From contig ADNK01002821.1 in NCBI GenBank assembly GCA_000320545.1, positions 1 to 64,000 of the forward strand: a stretch of 64,000 bases of DNA, read 5' to 3'. Every line of letters begins with the position of its first letter. Positions within the stretch are counted from its first letter, which is position 1. Position numbers and translations under genes: made by a program. Source of the stretch: Bigelowiella natans CCMP2755. Lineage: Eukaryota; Protista; Cercozoa. Of the stretch, positions 36,676-54,722 are shown piece by piece. The notes beneath the pieces were generated by a model. That model was not told the DNA's origin. It made no database searches and saw only the letters and a list, made by a program, of their open reading frames with translations.

Positions 36676-37853
36676 ATGAAATCTTGGTCAGTGATACTGG
36701 CTATCATGGTATTCATCACACCAGGAGCCCAGGGAAGGGACAACGATGCTTTCCATGCGATTGTATGCGATGCTGGATCAACAGGGACTAGGCTCTACGT
36801 GTACAAAATACATAGCAATGGTAGCCTGCCCTCACATAATATTTTTATTTATCAGAAACCCGAGTATAAACGTACTATTGATGTATCCTTCTTTCACTCA
36901 GGTAAACTAGAGTCAGTCACCGGGAAAAAGTCGAAGCCAGGACTGTCCAATGTGCTACCGGAAGGTGGGAAAGGGTCGTAGAGAGACATTTTAGCTTAAT
37001 GAATAAAGGACGAGTGAGAAATGGAAACATGGTAAATGGGCGTTGGAAGAGAAAGGATCATGACGAATAGAAGAATAGATTGGTGCCCTAAGTACAGCTA
37101 AATCAATAAGTTTCTTGTGTTGTTTTTCCTTGGCGGGCTGCTCCCCTTTCCTCAACGCATTGTCTTGCAGATGCCGCAGAATATCTATTTCCTTTGATAG
37201 AAGATGCAAGCAAGAAGATTCCTGAAACAGGTCCAACCACATGAAAAATAAAGCTCGCCATTGACGCCAATCGTTCGTCGTGGTAGATAATGCGATAGCA
37301 TTAAACGCGTAGATAATCAATGTAAAGAGTGTCGTTTGTGAGAGCCTGAGTTCTTTGATGTAATCTGATCCGTCCATACTTCTGCCCCTACCCCCCCCCT
37401 TCCCACTCCCAGCGCATGAGTCCACGCCTATATTCGTAATTGCAACCGCTGGGATGCGACTTCTGCCCGAGAAAAGCCAGCAGGCAATATACGATAGAGC
37501 TGCAAAAGAGGTTGGATAAAATAGACTTGAAAAAAGTGAGAGAGAGGGTGGGGGAGGCGGAGGGAGGCAGATAAAAAGTAAACGATGATCAACGCTTTGG
37601 ATGGTAGCAATATGTGGCCACCTCTTTTTCCTCTCTCCCCCCCCCCTCCCCCCTTCTCTCTCTGTGCGCGTGCGTGCGTGCAACGATCTTCGTGCCTTCT
37701 TCTCAGTATCCTTGAAATCTCCTTCTCATAATTGCTTCCTCATATTCAGTTGGTTATTTTGCTCCAAAAGAAGAAGTTGTCATTCAAAGTAGATCGAAGG
37801 AACTTCAAGACTGCATCGGTAACACATACGCCTGCTCATATGCCCTCTCCACA

Positions 37854-37892
<39 letters not shown>

Positions 37893-38829
37893 CATTTGAC
37901 GTATTTACTCGTTAAATTCAGCCTATAAGCAACCCGCCCTTCCCCCTCACACCTGCAAGAATATGTTATAAGCACAGTAGGTGTTAATTATCATATGCAT
38001 TCACAGGGACTGGAGGAAGGATATTGGGGGTTTCTAGCTGCGAATTTTCTGCAGGTATCATTATAGCAAAGTTGATCCAAAAGCCAGGATAACGGCAACA
38101 ATAACAACAAAAGCAGTAGTTAATAATAATTAATATGTAAGCGCCGCCCGCAGGGTACGAGTTCCAAAGTACAGGTCAATCTCAAAGGGATATAGGAGAT
38201 TGGTTGCTTTCAAATTTGTTTGCCAATATTCGCTCACAACAAGACTCTTCTTGGTGTATCGTCGCTTTATTCCTCTTAGATTTTCGATCTTTCTGTAAGT
38301 TTCTTGACACTCGACCACTTTATCTTCTTCTTCTTCTTCTTCGTTGTCTTGACCCCCCCCCCCCCCCCTCCCACGTTTCCCTCTATGGACTAAAAGGAGA
38401 GGATGGGGAAAGAGCTGAGGATACGGGGCGGAAAGCAGCTTGCAGGGGTATTGGATCTTGGAGGGTCATCAACGCAGGTAGCAGCAAGATCATTCGTGGT
38501 AGATGGTGCAAGATGCACGAATGGAGTGATGATAGTGGTGAAGATGAAATTATGATAATGCTGCGGATGATGGATCGCGTCCTTGCAGAATATAGAAGGG
38601 AAGCTCGCCATTCTCCAGCACTCCATTTTTCTCCCTCCTCCTTCGGCTCTTATCTCCTACTCCTATCTATTGCACCCCCCCCCCTCTTCTAGATATCTTT
38701 TAAGTGCAGCGGTAGCATCTCCAACGGCAAGAATCACATCGGCGTAAACGACTTATTCGTACACTCCTTTCTAGGCTATGGCGGCGTTTTGCTCGCAAAA
38801 AGTAGACAATATGAAGATTTTATCGATAT

Positions 38830-38866
<37 letters not shown>

Positions 38867-40358
38867 CACAAAATATATATAGTCTTCCTCGATTATTGAT
38901 TATGCAGTCACGTGAGAGTGGCCGAAATTGCATCTATATTTACTGTTCTTGCAAACACTATGCCATCCACATCGCACACCAACGATTCTCGATGAGGATC
39001 AAGGGTGGAGATTCTTTGATTTTGCTTTCGCCCGCTGCTGCTCCGATAACTCCCAAAGCTGCGGACATTATCCGCAGATTGCGATTACACACGCTCACAC
39101 ACTTCACTCTCGCTTCTTGTGCCATTTGTATTGATGGAAGGGTTGAGACGCTACATACAAAAGGGTCAAATCCATGTGACTTCTTGGATTATGAGCGCAG
39201 ACTAGCGCCTTCAAATAAAACAACTGTCGGGAGCGGAAACGGGTACGTGAGAACTCTCTGCCCCCCCCCCCCCTGCCCCCCCTTCTCTATAATATATACG
39301 CTACTGCAAACGCTCATTCAAATTAATCGTTCATCCCCCTTCCCCCCCCCTTCTCTGTCCACAGCGCTCAGTGCCGCAGCCTAATACGGGAGAATCTCAT
39401 CAACAAGCGAACATGCGACGAGCCTCCTTGCTTCTTCGCAAACGTGCACAACCCTGCAGTACAGTCTAGAAACGACGACGCTGCTGCTGCTGCTGGTGCT
39501 GGTGGGGGTGGGGGTGGTGTGTGCGGGCAATTCGTTGCTATATCCCTCTACTATTACGCAATCGATTGCCTCCGCAGCGTCTCGGAAAATATCCTTCAGC
39601 ACGCGCATCGGGGTGACGTGGACGGGCTCCTTCACAGATGGCCAACCCCCACTCTCAAAGACATAACAAAAGCAGCGGTAAGTAAGTAGCAGCGCACAAA
39701 CTGCTCTCTAGTTTCAGGGTTTTAAATAGGAGCGTGATCCTTGTAGGGAAGGTGGGCGTCGATACATGCAGAAATTGCGTAAGGAATCCGAGGTTGAGAG
39801 TGTCCTTCCATCCCTCTCCCCCCCCCCCCCCCCCCACCCTTCACCTAGGATGTATTCTGCCAGAGCGAATGGGAGAAAGTCGCCACGTGGTACACCGCAG
39901 ACACAAATCAACCTCACAGCAGCGCCATCATACCATTCGAAACCCCCGCTCAGGATAGATAGCCAATGTCTGCTTAAAATGCTCTCCTGCAGGAGTGTTG
40001 ATCGCTTTCGCATGCGGGGCTTTTTTTATATTTTTTGAACAGCACATTACTAACATTTCGCGTTGTTATTAGGAAACATGCAGAAACGCCGTCAAAGGAG
40101 GCTTGGTCAGGACGGTGCTTCGAGGTGAATTACATCATCTCCATCCTTCACAACGGATACGGCATCAACGATACGGCAAGGAGCGTGACCTTCTTGCGCG
40201 ACATCAAAGGTCCTTCACACCAAACTAAAGCAGCGATTGTCATGAGTGACGATCCGAGATTTAGCACTGCAAGCATCTGCTCGTTGTCGTGGTTGAATGC
40301 GGCTGTTTTGAAAATGATTAGCAGAGATATTATAATTCTCGCATGATGCCCCATCATC

Positions 40359-40416
<58 letters not shown>

Positions 40417-41372
40417 CATTGCTAGCAATAGCAGCGTCAACACTCACCAAGCGTCTCACCTCACCACCATCAAATCAATCCAACCACAAGGCTCCGAAGT
40501 GGAATGGACGCTGGGCGCTTTCCTCCAGGTTTTTAAGCTCTCGAATGCAACCTCACGCTACTACATAAATCATAAACAGCACTTTCGGCGAATCGCCAAA
40601 TGACCCCACGACAGCTTTCTTGCAAACTGATTCACAATGCACGCAAACTGATACCGTGCAGAAGCGCCTTGAGCTCTCCGAGGCAAAGAAGTCGGGCAAA
40701 GATGATGCCGGGGACGGTCCTAAGGTGGAGGGAGGCGGCGATCTCACATACCCTGCCACCTCGCTCACACCCGCGGATCCTTTCATCTCGGCGGCAAGGT
40801 GAGGAGGGTGGGGGTGGGGAGGGAAAATGGGTGAATTGCCAGTAATTCCTCTCCGGATGGACGAAATCTCTCTGAAGGCACTTTCAATGGATTTTATACA
40901 TATTATTAACGACAACGACAACAAGTCACCGACCCCCCCCCCCCCCCAACCCGCCCCTCTCAGCTTGGACTTCATTCCGTCGGTGCTGCTCATCGCTGTG
41001 CTCTTGACAGTGCCCTTACTCCTGATTTACTTGAAGGGCCAAAACAAATCTCTCACAGAACTGGTAGATCTATCTGCACACACAAAACAACGTGATCTGG
41101 GACTAGGGCAGGAGCAGAGAATTGCGTTTGATTGAGAATAAGAAAACCATATACACCCCAGAGCTGTAAGCACGCGCAGTTGTCATTCCCCCCCTTCGTT
41201 GATTTTCCGGTACTTCATTGATCTCCGACAATACTACTCACAGATGTCCAAAGTGATCCAATGCGACTGCATAAAAGTACCTGTCAGCCCAAGCAACTTA
41301 GCCTCCCCGCCGGCTACTGCCAATGGGGGAAAAAGACTTGTGCCTGTTACGAAGATTTCGCTGGAAAAGTAG
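36676..41372 (+). CDS. GDA1/CD39-family apyrase (NTPDase) with signal peptide and C-terminal TM
   Basis: Apyrase conserved regions AIVCDAGSTGTRLYVY, KPGLS, ATAGMRLL, EEGYWGFLAANFL, VLDLGGSSTQV, SFLGYG, NPC, CFEVNYIISILHNGYG, VEWTLGA. TM segment VLLIAVLLTVPLLLIYL. The final exon is uncertain (end at 41135 or 41372). Confidence 0.93.
40351..40412. repeat. (CAT)n trinucleotide microsatellite in an apyrase intron
   Basis: About 20 CAT units. The poly-His and poly-Met ORFs here are artefacts of the repeat. Confidence 0.95.
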
Positions 41373-42216
41373 TGGTGTTGGTGAAAAAAGGGGTTGGCAA
41401 GACGACAGCAGGGCGCAGCAGAGAGCTTGCAGCGGACCATGCGAGCGCCTCGCTAATTCTAAGCACATCTAGATAAACCCATAATAAATCTATGCGTGCA
41501 TATAATGATAGACATGTAATACAATATAATTATTTATATATAGTATTACTGTGTCTATTATTATTATACGAAAAGATGATCATCAAATGCACAAAATGGC
41601 GGCGAACGATGCAGGAGCGCGCGCATGTATGCATATATATGCATGCATGCAACACATGTATGCGGCGTTATGTCGTTGTTGTAGTCTCGCCATCACTCGC
41701 AGTTACATGCTATCATGGCTATCTGGTTGTGGCTAGCGAGCTGTGCGCGCACGCTAGCTTTATCGCCTAATAAATTTGCACATTTATCTGTATGCGTCTG
41801 GACGTACGCTTTGTGTCGTTCGCCCAGAATGTAATAATAATTGTTGCTGCGCGTGCAAGCCCTTATGAAAGTATGAAGAAGCCTATCTAGCTAGGTAGCA
41901 CGCACGCTCACATAGCTTGCTAGATAACTAGATAGATAGATAGTTGTGCGCCGTGCTGTCAGTGCACGCCGCGACGTACCATACTAGCATAGCGTGGTGC
42001 TAGCGCTGTGAGGTGAACGTACGTGCGCACGTGCACACAGGATCTAATTCCATGTAATCTTAATCGCACAAGAAGAAGAATCGCGAGTACAACAAACAAC
42101 AGTGTACCGCAGTCGTCATGTTGAGAAGAATTTAAGTTGTTTGCGAGCATGCACTACGCCGTAGATGCATGCCGAATGATCATGAGGATATGGGATCTTA
42201 GCATTCTTCATTTGAG

Positions 42217-44811
42217 CTATAAAATTTGGACGAGATTCCCAGAGAATCGAGAAGAGAATCCGGAGATCGAATTTCTACAAGTTGTATAGGAGGCAACACT
42301 GGTGCCGCCATTCTCGCGGGGATCTGGCCTACTCACATGCAAACATCCAACCAGTATCATCATCATACACCGTAGTATCATCATCATCATCATCATTATC
42401 ATCATCATCATCCTGCTCGCACATCTGTCTTCTACGTGGAAGATATTTTTCTTCAATTGGCAAACTCAAAGCTCACGCTACTGGCGACCACACGAATACT
42501 TCCCAACTTCAATGAGGGCTCGCAAGAAAGCAAAAAGGGCAGCAGCAGCAGCAGCTGCAGCTACAACACCGTTGCGAACACGGTTGCTTGCACGTGGTAA
42601 AGTGGCAAAGGGGGGGGGGGGGGGGGGGGGCAAGTGACCTTTCAGAGTGAGCGGAGGCATTGGAACCTTCTTGCACTCAGGAGAAGCGTCCTCTTTGATG
42701 TAGTTTTCCAGCATGCATCGTAACACCTATCCGAAGCAAGAGAAGGCATTTATGAATTGAATGGATGCAGCGGAGAACGTGCAGGAAATGTGGGACCGAG
42801 GTGTTGATGCCGAACACATCACAACAAAACACGCGCCGCTGTGCCCGAGCGCGCTTTGAATACCTCATTGAAGTCCCATTCCTTTATTCTCTTATTTGTC
42901 TTAGCCTGTTATCAGTGACAATGATGATGGTGATGGTGCTGTGATGAAGATGGAACGATTGTGATATCGATTGAAACATACACACAGGTACGTATCTGCT
43001 GCCTTAGCAGAACGGCATTCCCACCTTCGATAACGCAACGAAGTTGGTGTAGCGCCTCTCAGATATATCCCGGCAAATCGAGTAGACATGGAACTAGACA
43101 GTTATAGGAAACAGCGAAAAGGGGAGGGGAGCAGGTAGGTTTCAGGGCAATTTTGAATGCAATCGCTATTGTAAGAATTTGGAGGTGAAATTCGGTCGTT
43201 CTGGCGACGTCATAATGTGTGAATAGCGAGCCAAGTTTCGCGTAAATCCACGCTGTACCTTGCTCTTTGTTTCCTGCGAGATGTAGGTGAATTTATTCAG
43301 TATCTTCGCCCTCTCGAAGTTTGCCCTTTCCACGGATCTGACAGTAGATTGGGAGGAATACGAAGGCCACACATGTGTGATTTCGTTAGTCGCATTTGCA
43401 TGCAAGTTGTTCAGGCTTATTGTCGGAGTCGTTTTTCAAGTGTTTCTTTTCTTCTTTTTCCTTTTCTTCTTCTTCTTCTTCTTCTTCTTCTTCTTCTTCT
43501 TTTTCTGCTATCGTTCTTATCGCGATGAGGCATCAACCCTGCTGCAAGCCTGTAGTTGGTGAAACAGATCTTTTCGTCCTGAGCCATCTTCGACTGGACG
43601 CCATAATAAAAAATCAAGATGATGATGGTAGCATGATTGTGTGATGATTGTGGTTATTTGGCTGACGTTTCCGCAACTGGCCAAAGTAAATAATGTTGGC
43701 GAGAAACCGATTCGGTTTGAAGATGATGCTCATAGCTATTGTTAGCTTTCTAATTATTTGTAGTCGCAACATCCCAGTGGCTTGGAAGTGACAAGGAGGA
43801 GGAGGAGGAGGATGAGTGCGGTTATTGACGAAATCGTTCGGCATCTTCTACATTTACACATTGGCGTCAAGAGGAAACAAAGGGCTATTTTATCGCGGTG
43901 TGCTCATCGTTCATCTAACCGAGACGTTGCTGCACTTTGCTTCTAGCTCCTGATATATGTATGGCAATTGGACAAGTAAGACCCGATACATCTTAGCCTG
44001 CATGTGTGTGTGTAAAGCTAGAGGAAACAGAGCTGGACAGAACGCCAGGAAACGGAAGGAGCATCGTCGTTCAGGCGGATATATGCGTTATCGAATTGAT
44101 GGATTGCCCCTCTCGTCCCCCACCTTGTATGCTTCATAGTCTTTCCGAAACACAGATGCCATTTGGCGCATCTTCTCCATCGCTTGGTACTTGCAGTGGG
44201 AACCCTGTGAAAACAGCAAAAGCGAACGATAGCGTTGTCAAGTGTTCCCCGAACTTGCAGCATTGCACCAGCCGTCGGTTGTCACCTCTTCCGTGTTGTA
44301 GTTGCAGCTCTGAAGTATACCTGAAATCGTTTCGATCATCATATTCATATTGAGGAGAACGCCAACAGCAGTGAACACGAAGGTGTCTATGCATTTTACA
44401 GCTTCTCCATATCGAGGGAGAGGGAGAGAGACGGGGGGGGGGAGGGTGGAGGGAGGGGGGGGGGGGAATGTTGCTTCCACCACTTTCAACGTATAGCAGG
44501 AAAAAGGACTAATTCTTTCCCCGTTCCATTGGGAAATAAACAGATCTAATATCCCCCCCCCCCCCCCTCGTATCATACGAGTCTTACACATTATTTCATG
44601 CCCAAACCTGATTGTGGGCATGGGACAACGGAAACCGATTTTCTCCGAGCTTCGCAGCATATCGAGTGGTTGGCTGCCTGAAGAGTGCATGATGAAATCG
44701 TTTGTGGAGAGAAGAAAATTGCGCTCACACTGAGCCGTGGTGAGTAGCAAATATTCCGATGAATTACTAACAGTATCCTCTGTACTCTCGCTCACACACA
44801 GAAGTGTAGGG

Positions 44812-44846
<35 letters not shown>

Positions 44847-45441
44847 TTCCTATTTCCCTCTCTCTCTCTGTGTCTGTCTTTCTGTCTTCTTCTTCTTCTT
44901 CTGTATCATTCGTAATCGCGTGTTGGTAGATCGTCGGCGTACATGCAGAGCTTGCAGGTTGTGGGAGCAATCCGCATAGAAGTTGCAAGCCCCCGTCGCA
45001 TCTCTCACGGAGTCCCTGTGGTGTAGGAGGTCCTGAGTAGCGCATATCGACCAACATCAATTAACACTGTCTTCCTAGCAGGCAATACGGCGAATCACAC
45101 GCACGCCTACAGATGCTCTGGTCGCATGTCGATTCCTACCTCGTGCAAGCTGCTGGTGACTGTGCGGAATGTTGTTTTCAGGAATTCGGAGAACTCGCTG
45201 TCGCACTCTATTATCTGTGCAGTGGCGTTGTAGAGAGAACAAAGATGGCGTTCAGGAATGGCTGGTTCAGCGTGATTTAACACTCTTAACATCGTGGCAT
45301 CGTAAGGACTTGCTCCGTCATAATATGGCAATGAGCATGCACACACACATATCCATCACACACACGCAAGCACACTCTCCACTCTTAAAAACAGGATAGC
45401 TACGCTCTATATACTTAAGAAGATACATATATAAATATAAA

Positions 45442-45483
<42 letters not shown>

Positions 45484-46501
45484 CAAATCCATTCATCTTA
45501 CATGCTCGAAAAGCTGGTTGATAGTATTCACGTCACGATGAAGTGCTTTTAGTATGAGTTTCTAATAGCAACAAGGGTGGGTTTTCAGTTAAAATCGGAG
45601 GGGAAAGTGTCTTTTACAACTAATTTAAATAATAATTTACTATTCAGCGGTACTCTGGATATAAATATCAGTGCCAGTAAACTAGGGGTTGATTGTCTAG
45701 AACCCAATTCGATGATTTCGGTCTCCCTGCTTTTCAGGTTTTAGCCCATTTCACTAAACACTACACCGCTCACTGCTGCAGGTGCTAATGCTGCTGCTGC
45801 TTAATTACCTCCGACTTCTCCAAGAGGATATGCCGCAACTCATGAGCAATCAGCGTAAAATCGTCTCTCCCATCCTTTTCCTCGGCGAGATTGCCGTGCT
45901 ATTCGAATGATGGGAAATTGTACCACAGCCACACTCAACTCAAGTATACTATCAATCGAGATGTTAGCTTTTCATCCGACATAAACTTAACTTAATGTTG
46001 TGATGGTGCAACTACCTTATCCCCACCCTCAGGGACCGCGGCGTTTTCGGGGTTATGGTGAGTTTTCCTCTCCTTTCCATGGGTCGCCAGTAACTTTATA
46101 ATGATTTGATGGTAGATATCCGGCGGGATCAGTGTTTGTTCGTATATTTTATGGGGAAAGAGGAGAAAGAGGAGGGGAAAAAGAGTAGGCTAAACTCTCA
46201 AATGACTCGACTGTAGTATCTTATCAATAATAGAGTACATTTGTACCTCTAATATCTGATGTTGGATGTTTCCAGCCCCTGATTCCATATTATTGACCTC
46301 ATTGCTCCCCATCTCCTTCTTAAGATTTGCCTTGTCATTGGATATTGATGCTTCAGCAGCTAGTGTCTCTATACTCTTTTCCGCCGATAATGACTTGATT
46401 GGGTTTCGAGTCTTCTCTTGAATTGCCGATGCTTGCGAGAATAGGCTTACTAAAAAGAATGCTGATATACAAAGGAGAGAGGGGGAGGAGCAGGTGATCA
46501 T
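42217..46501 (-). CDS. Multi-exon hypothetical secreted protein
   Basis: Signal-like N-terminus MITCSSPSLLCISAFFLVSLFSQASA. A series of GT-AG-bounded open segments with scattered Cys. No family recognised. Confidence 0.5.
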
Positions 46502-47465
46502 GCTAAAACTCAAATAATCGTCGTACAGTATTTATATAAGGAGCGGAAATTCGACTTCGTGCATACCCGCTTGCAGTGTGAACTGTCCATTCTTCAGCCC
46601 CATCTTCACTTAGCTTGATTGCCAGTGCCCAAGTATGGCCGTGGTTCTTTCCCAATTCTTAGAAGGACCGCAACCTGAGGTTTTCCTTCTAATGTCGGCC
46701 GTTCGGGGGGTGAGGATTCAAAAAATTTGGAGGACGACGAAATTTTAAATTTAAAAAATGTCGTGTTAGAGGAGAGTGACTGCATAATTCGCATGTCGCA
46801 ACCAAGGAACAACATGCATTCATCGACATAATCGTTAAACTGCCTGCGACAATTTTTTATCGTGTCGCATGGTCACGCTCTCAATATAATCTGCCAATAC
46901 TTTACGATGGGAGCATTTTCGGAAAAACATTATTTTGTTCGAGATTTATCGTTCACTAAATCTCCTGGTTGGCGATGTTAGAGAGTCGAAACGCAGCTTC
47001 CGGTGCACGATTTCGGTACATAACATTGGGAACATATCATGAAAAATTGACCTAATTTTGGCCTTGACTGGAGTGTCAAAAGCCCGTGCACGCAACTCAA
47101 CTTCCATGCGTCAATTCGTTTGGGAATTACATAAAGTATTGGTATTTCTGGATAACGACAACTTTTAAGAATATGTCGCAGTTGAATATTTCAAGGATTT
47201 CTTGCCTTGATGAAACTCGGCCACGTCTGAATTTACAAGCCGAAGCGACCACCCCCACACCGGAAAGAAGCAAACAGAAGCAGCAAAAATGAATAACATG
47301 CAATCCTTGACGCAAGGTCGGAAAATAATATGTAGCATAAAATCGTATTTATAAGGAATATGCTGTACGCTCGTTTCGAATATCTAGAGTGACAACCAAT
47401 CTTGCGCCTTAAACGGTGCCGTCAGTTCTTCACCGACACCTACTAAATTTCGCTCAGGGGCAAAC

Positions 47466-47932
47466 ATGTCCAAGAAGGAACAGAAAGAGTTCGAGCATAT
47501 GGTTCAGGTGCCTTTTATGCATATATTTGGGTACTTTAAGAAACACTGATCGCATTCTATTCTACTCTAGGACATGATGTTCTCGGAGATGCAAGAGATG
47601 TACATTGGGTAGTAGTCCAACAGAACATATTTATTTTTATCAATTGAAACAAGAATATAAACAAAGTTAATGATTTCAAATTACTATGTAGATGGATCGA
47701 AATTGAAGTATCATTGAGTTGAATGTGACTGGATACTCTTAGGTTTGTTGATCGGTGTTTTGGAAAATGCGTCAACACCTTCCGCACACGCAAGTTGCTA
47801 TCAACTGAGAAAGAGTGTATATCAAACTGCGTAGCTAAGAGTCTTGCACACATCAAACGAGTCCAATTAAGGTTCCAAGAGCAAAATCAGATGATGAACG
47901 CCCAAGCGCAGGCTGCGATGCAACCAAAATAA
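47466..47932 (+). CDS. TIM9: Mitochondrial small Tim chaperone Tim9
   Basis: Three exons: MSKKEQKEFEHMVQ|DMMFSEMQEMYIG|FVDRCFGKCVNTFRTRKLLSTEKECISNCVAKSLAHIKRVQLRFQEQN. Twin CX3C motif and RFQEQN ending. Confidence 0.92.
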
Positions 47933-48749
47933 AACGTTATTATAAGACGCTCTAACTTTGAAAAGAAATGCTAGGATAAATCGCTTTAGTGTATGGATTA
48001 CTAGGTTCACATTACTACATGCCAGTGAAAGTTGTTGTATTACATCATAAAGACAGCAGGTTGCGCACGTGCAACAGGTGTAGACTAGCACAGGGGATGT
48101 AATGAATAAATAAAAATGTTCAATGGTCACCCTAACATGTGTAGCTGTATTGGTAGAATACCTATATATGTCCTGATGTAAATTAAATGTACGCAATACG
48201 TACGCGACTTACAAGAGTTTCGCATGCGAATCGTGTGCACGCTACGTGCATCGTCGCCTACCACGCATACATTCTGGCATGGCAAGTTGCTATATATGAT
48301 CTAGTACGTGATGCTCGTCATCTATACTAGCTAGCTAGCAGGTCATTGATCTACTACCTACAATTGTTTGACATCTGAACTTGCGGTCGAATGATAGAGG
48401 TGCTTTAGTCTATAGTACTATAGCTGCTACATGCGGGGCCCCTCCACTACTGAAGGTTGCAAAAAGCTAGCAGACCCACGTACCACAGCATATGGCATCA
48501 TGTAGCATGGCAACGCATCGCATGCAGCTCTGTTCTGTGCACATCTGGTACATCTAGCGGCAGTAAGTGCACAATTAGTTGCAAATCATACTTGTATATA
48601 GTAGCTGCCGAGTAGCGACGTAACTAAACACGTAATATTTTGTAAATACTACTATTTTATGCTCGTGTACATATGTGACATGCTACTGCGAGATTGGATC
48701 AGAAAGATTCGTTCATAATTAAAAGCGCTTATTGAAGATATGTGTGCAT

Positions 48750-48797
48750 AGAAGTTAGATAAGTCTACTCATTAGAAGTAAGATAAGTCTACTCATT
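48750..48797. repeat. 24-bp tandem duplication
   Basis: agaagttagataagtctactcatt followed by agaagtaagataagtctactcatt. Confidence 0.9.
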
Positions 48798-49690
48798 CTG
48801 ATAACTTGGACCAGTCTCATCTGCTACATCTTTTTTATCATCGCGTATCTCGCTGAAACCGCCTTTGGAGGGGACAAATGAACCCCTAATTATCATACCG
48901 ACCAAACCCTTATTCACCATACACGCATTTGATACTGCGAATCTGAATAAATAGAAACGTTTTTACCCGCTTGTTTCCTCGTAGATCATAAACATCACAC
49001 CGAGTGCTCCCATTTTTGCAAAAAGATTGATTATCATCATGCTGAAAAAAATATTAGTGAGGGCGATAGAATTCCAAATCTCCAAAGAGCTGACCTCATT
49101 CCAAATGCCACTTCGTGACCAGCACTGCTCCAATCACTTCCGTGTAGACACAACATAATAATATCGGCGATAATGGAACCACCATGTATACCACCTACGA
49201 CAACTACTTCCTCCGAGTTGCGAGTGTACATGTAGGTGAATAGGGCGATTGCCACGTTAGCCCCAAGTGGCTGAATAATTATATCATAAAATTTAGTCAC
49301 GGGAAGGTTCACATAAACACGTTCAATCTTTGCAATATGATAGTCGCTTTATTCTATATTTTGCTCTTAATTGCAATACTTATCCTTCGCAATGTTAGCC
49401 CTCACCATAACGTCATCATCACAACTTTCCGATAATAACAACTAATTATTTCATAAATTAGTCACCACTCCTATATTTCCCAGAAGGCATAGACCAATCT
49501 GCAGAAGAGCTATTGCCTCCAGTCGCGTATGCCATATGTGCAGCATGTTGGGTAGGGTAGGGGGACCAAATTCTCTAGTTTGGAAATTAGACCCGTTCTT
49601 GAGAGGTATCTGTATCAAATAACCTGCATTTTTCTCTTGCGTCAATACCTCAATTTCAATGTGTCTTTGGCGCGTGGGCGTGACATCTCT
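48789..49690 (-). CDS. Small multi-TM membrane protein, possibly AGTRAP-like
   Basis: Hydrophobic exons LEAIALLQIGLCLLGNIG, ANVAIALFTYMYTRNSEEV...SIIADIIMLCLHG and MGALGVMFMIYEE. Tail GGFSEIRDDKK...YQNE*. The start is uncertain. Confidence 0.5.
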
Positions 49691-49829
49691 TTCGATGAAA
49701 TTACACTTAGAATGCACTCAAATCATTTGACGTAAGGTTAAAATATAATGGTTTCTCCTCCTCTCTGGCAGTTATGTCGCATGGCAGGATTGACCGAGGC
49801 ACATAATGATTTTGGATTGGTGCAAATTT

Positions 49830-50112
49830 TGTGCGGGAATACTTGGCGCCAAGATGCGATTGATGGATTTTCGCGGGAGAGATTTTTGGTCAAGTCGAAA
49901 TTATTAAATAAATCTTATTAAATTTATTATTACGACAATATAATTAAGTTGTCGGATGTTAAGATATATGACACATGAAATGCGCGGGAAACAAATGGAG
50001 TTGGATAAGGGGCGTTAGATGATATTTTACGAGAAATAAAGAGATTTTTGGTACAAATTCTCCATCATTTTTGCCTCTTTTATCTTCCCGGTAACTTCGG
50101 TTCTGGCGGGAA
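49830..50112 (+). promoter_or_regulatory. Cluster of E2F-like sites upstream of MCM6
   Basis: GTGCGGGAA (49831), palindrome TTGGCGCCAA (49843), TTTTCGCGGGAG (49868), GCGCGGGAAA (49982) and TGGCGGGAA (50104) in otherwise AT-rich DNA. MCM genes are established E2F targets. Confidence 0.7.
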
Positions 50113-50544
50113 CAGAATAGTTGAGCAAAAACATTTGTGATTCGTACATTGAGAACGCAATAATTGGAAAGAATATGCCATTATATGGCTATATTCCTTG
50201 TCGCATATGACAAATATATTTGATTTTCTATATGTTTTAAATCACATTAAATTTCATTTATCTGAAGACTGTCCCTCAACACACCAAAGCCCTAAGGACT
50301 GCTTCCCCTCTCACTCCCGCACCAAGGTCTTGATATCTTTAGAATACTAACCACAAAATAGAGCAGGCGGGGCGAATATCTACACAGTTATTGAAATCTG
50401 CATGAAGAAATTGCGAAGTATGAACTCGAGCCAATACTTAACGCGTTGTGTGTTATGTACACTTCTTTTTCTTCTTCACCAGGGGTATCTATAGTACAAA
50501 GACGGATACAACGAACAATTATTAAACCCTGAACTATAACGGAA

Positions 50545-54722
<4,178 letters not shown>

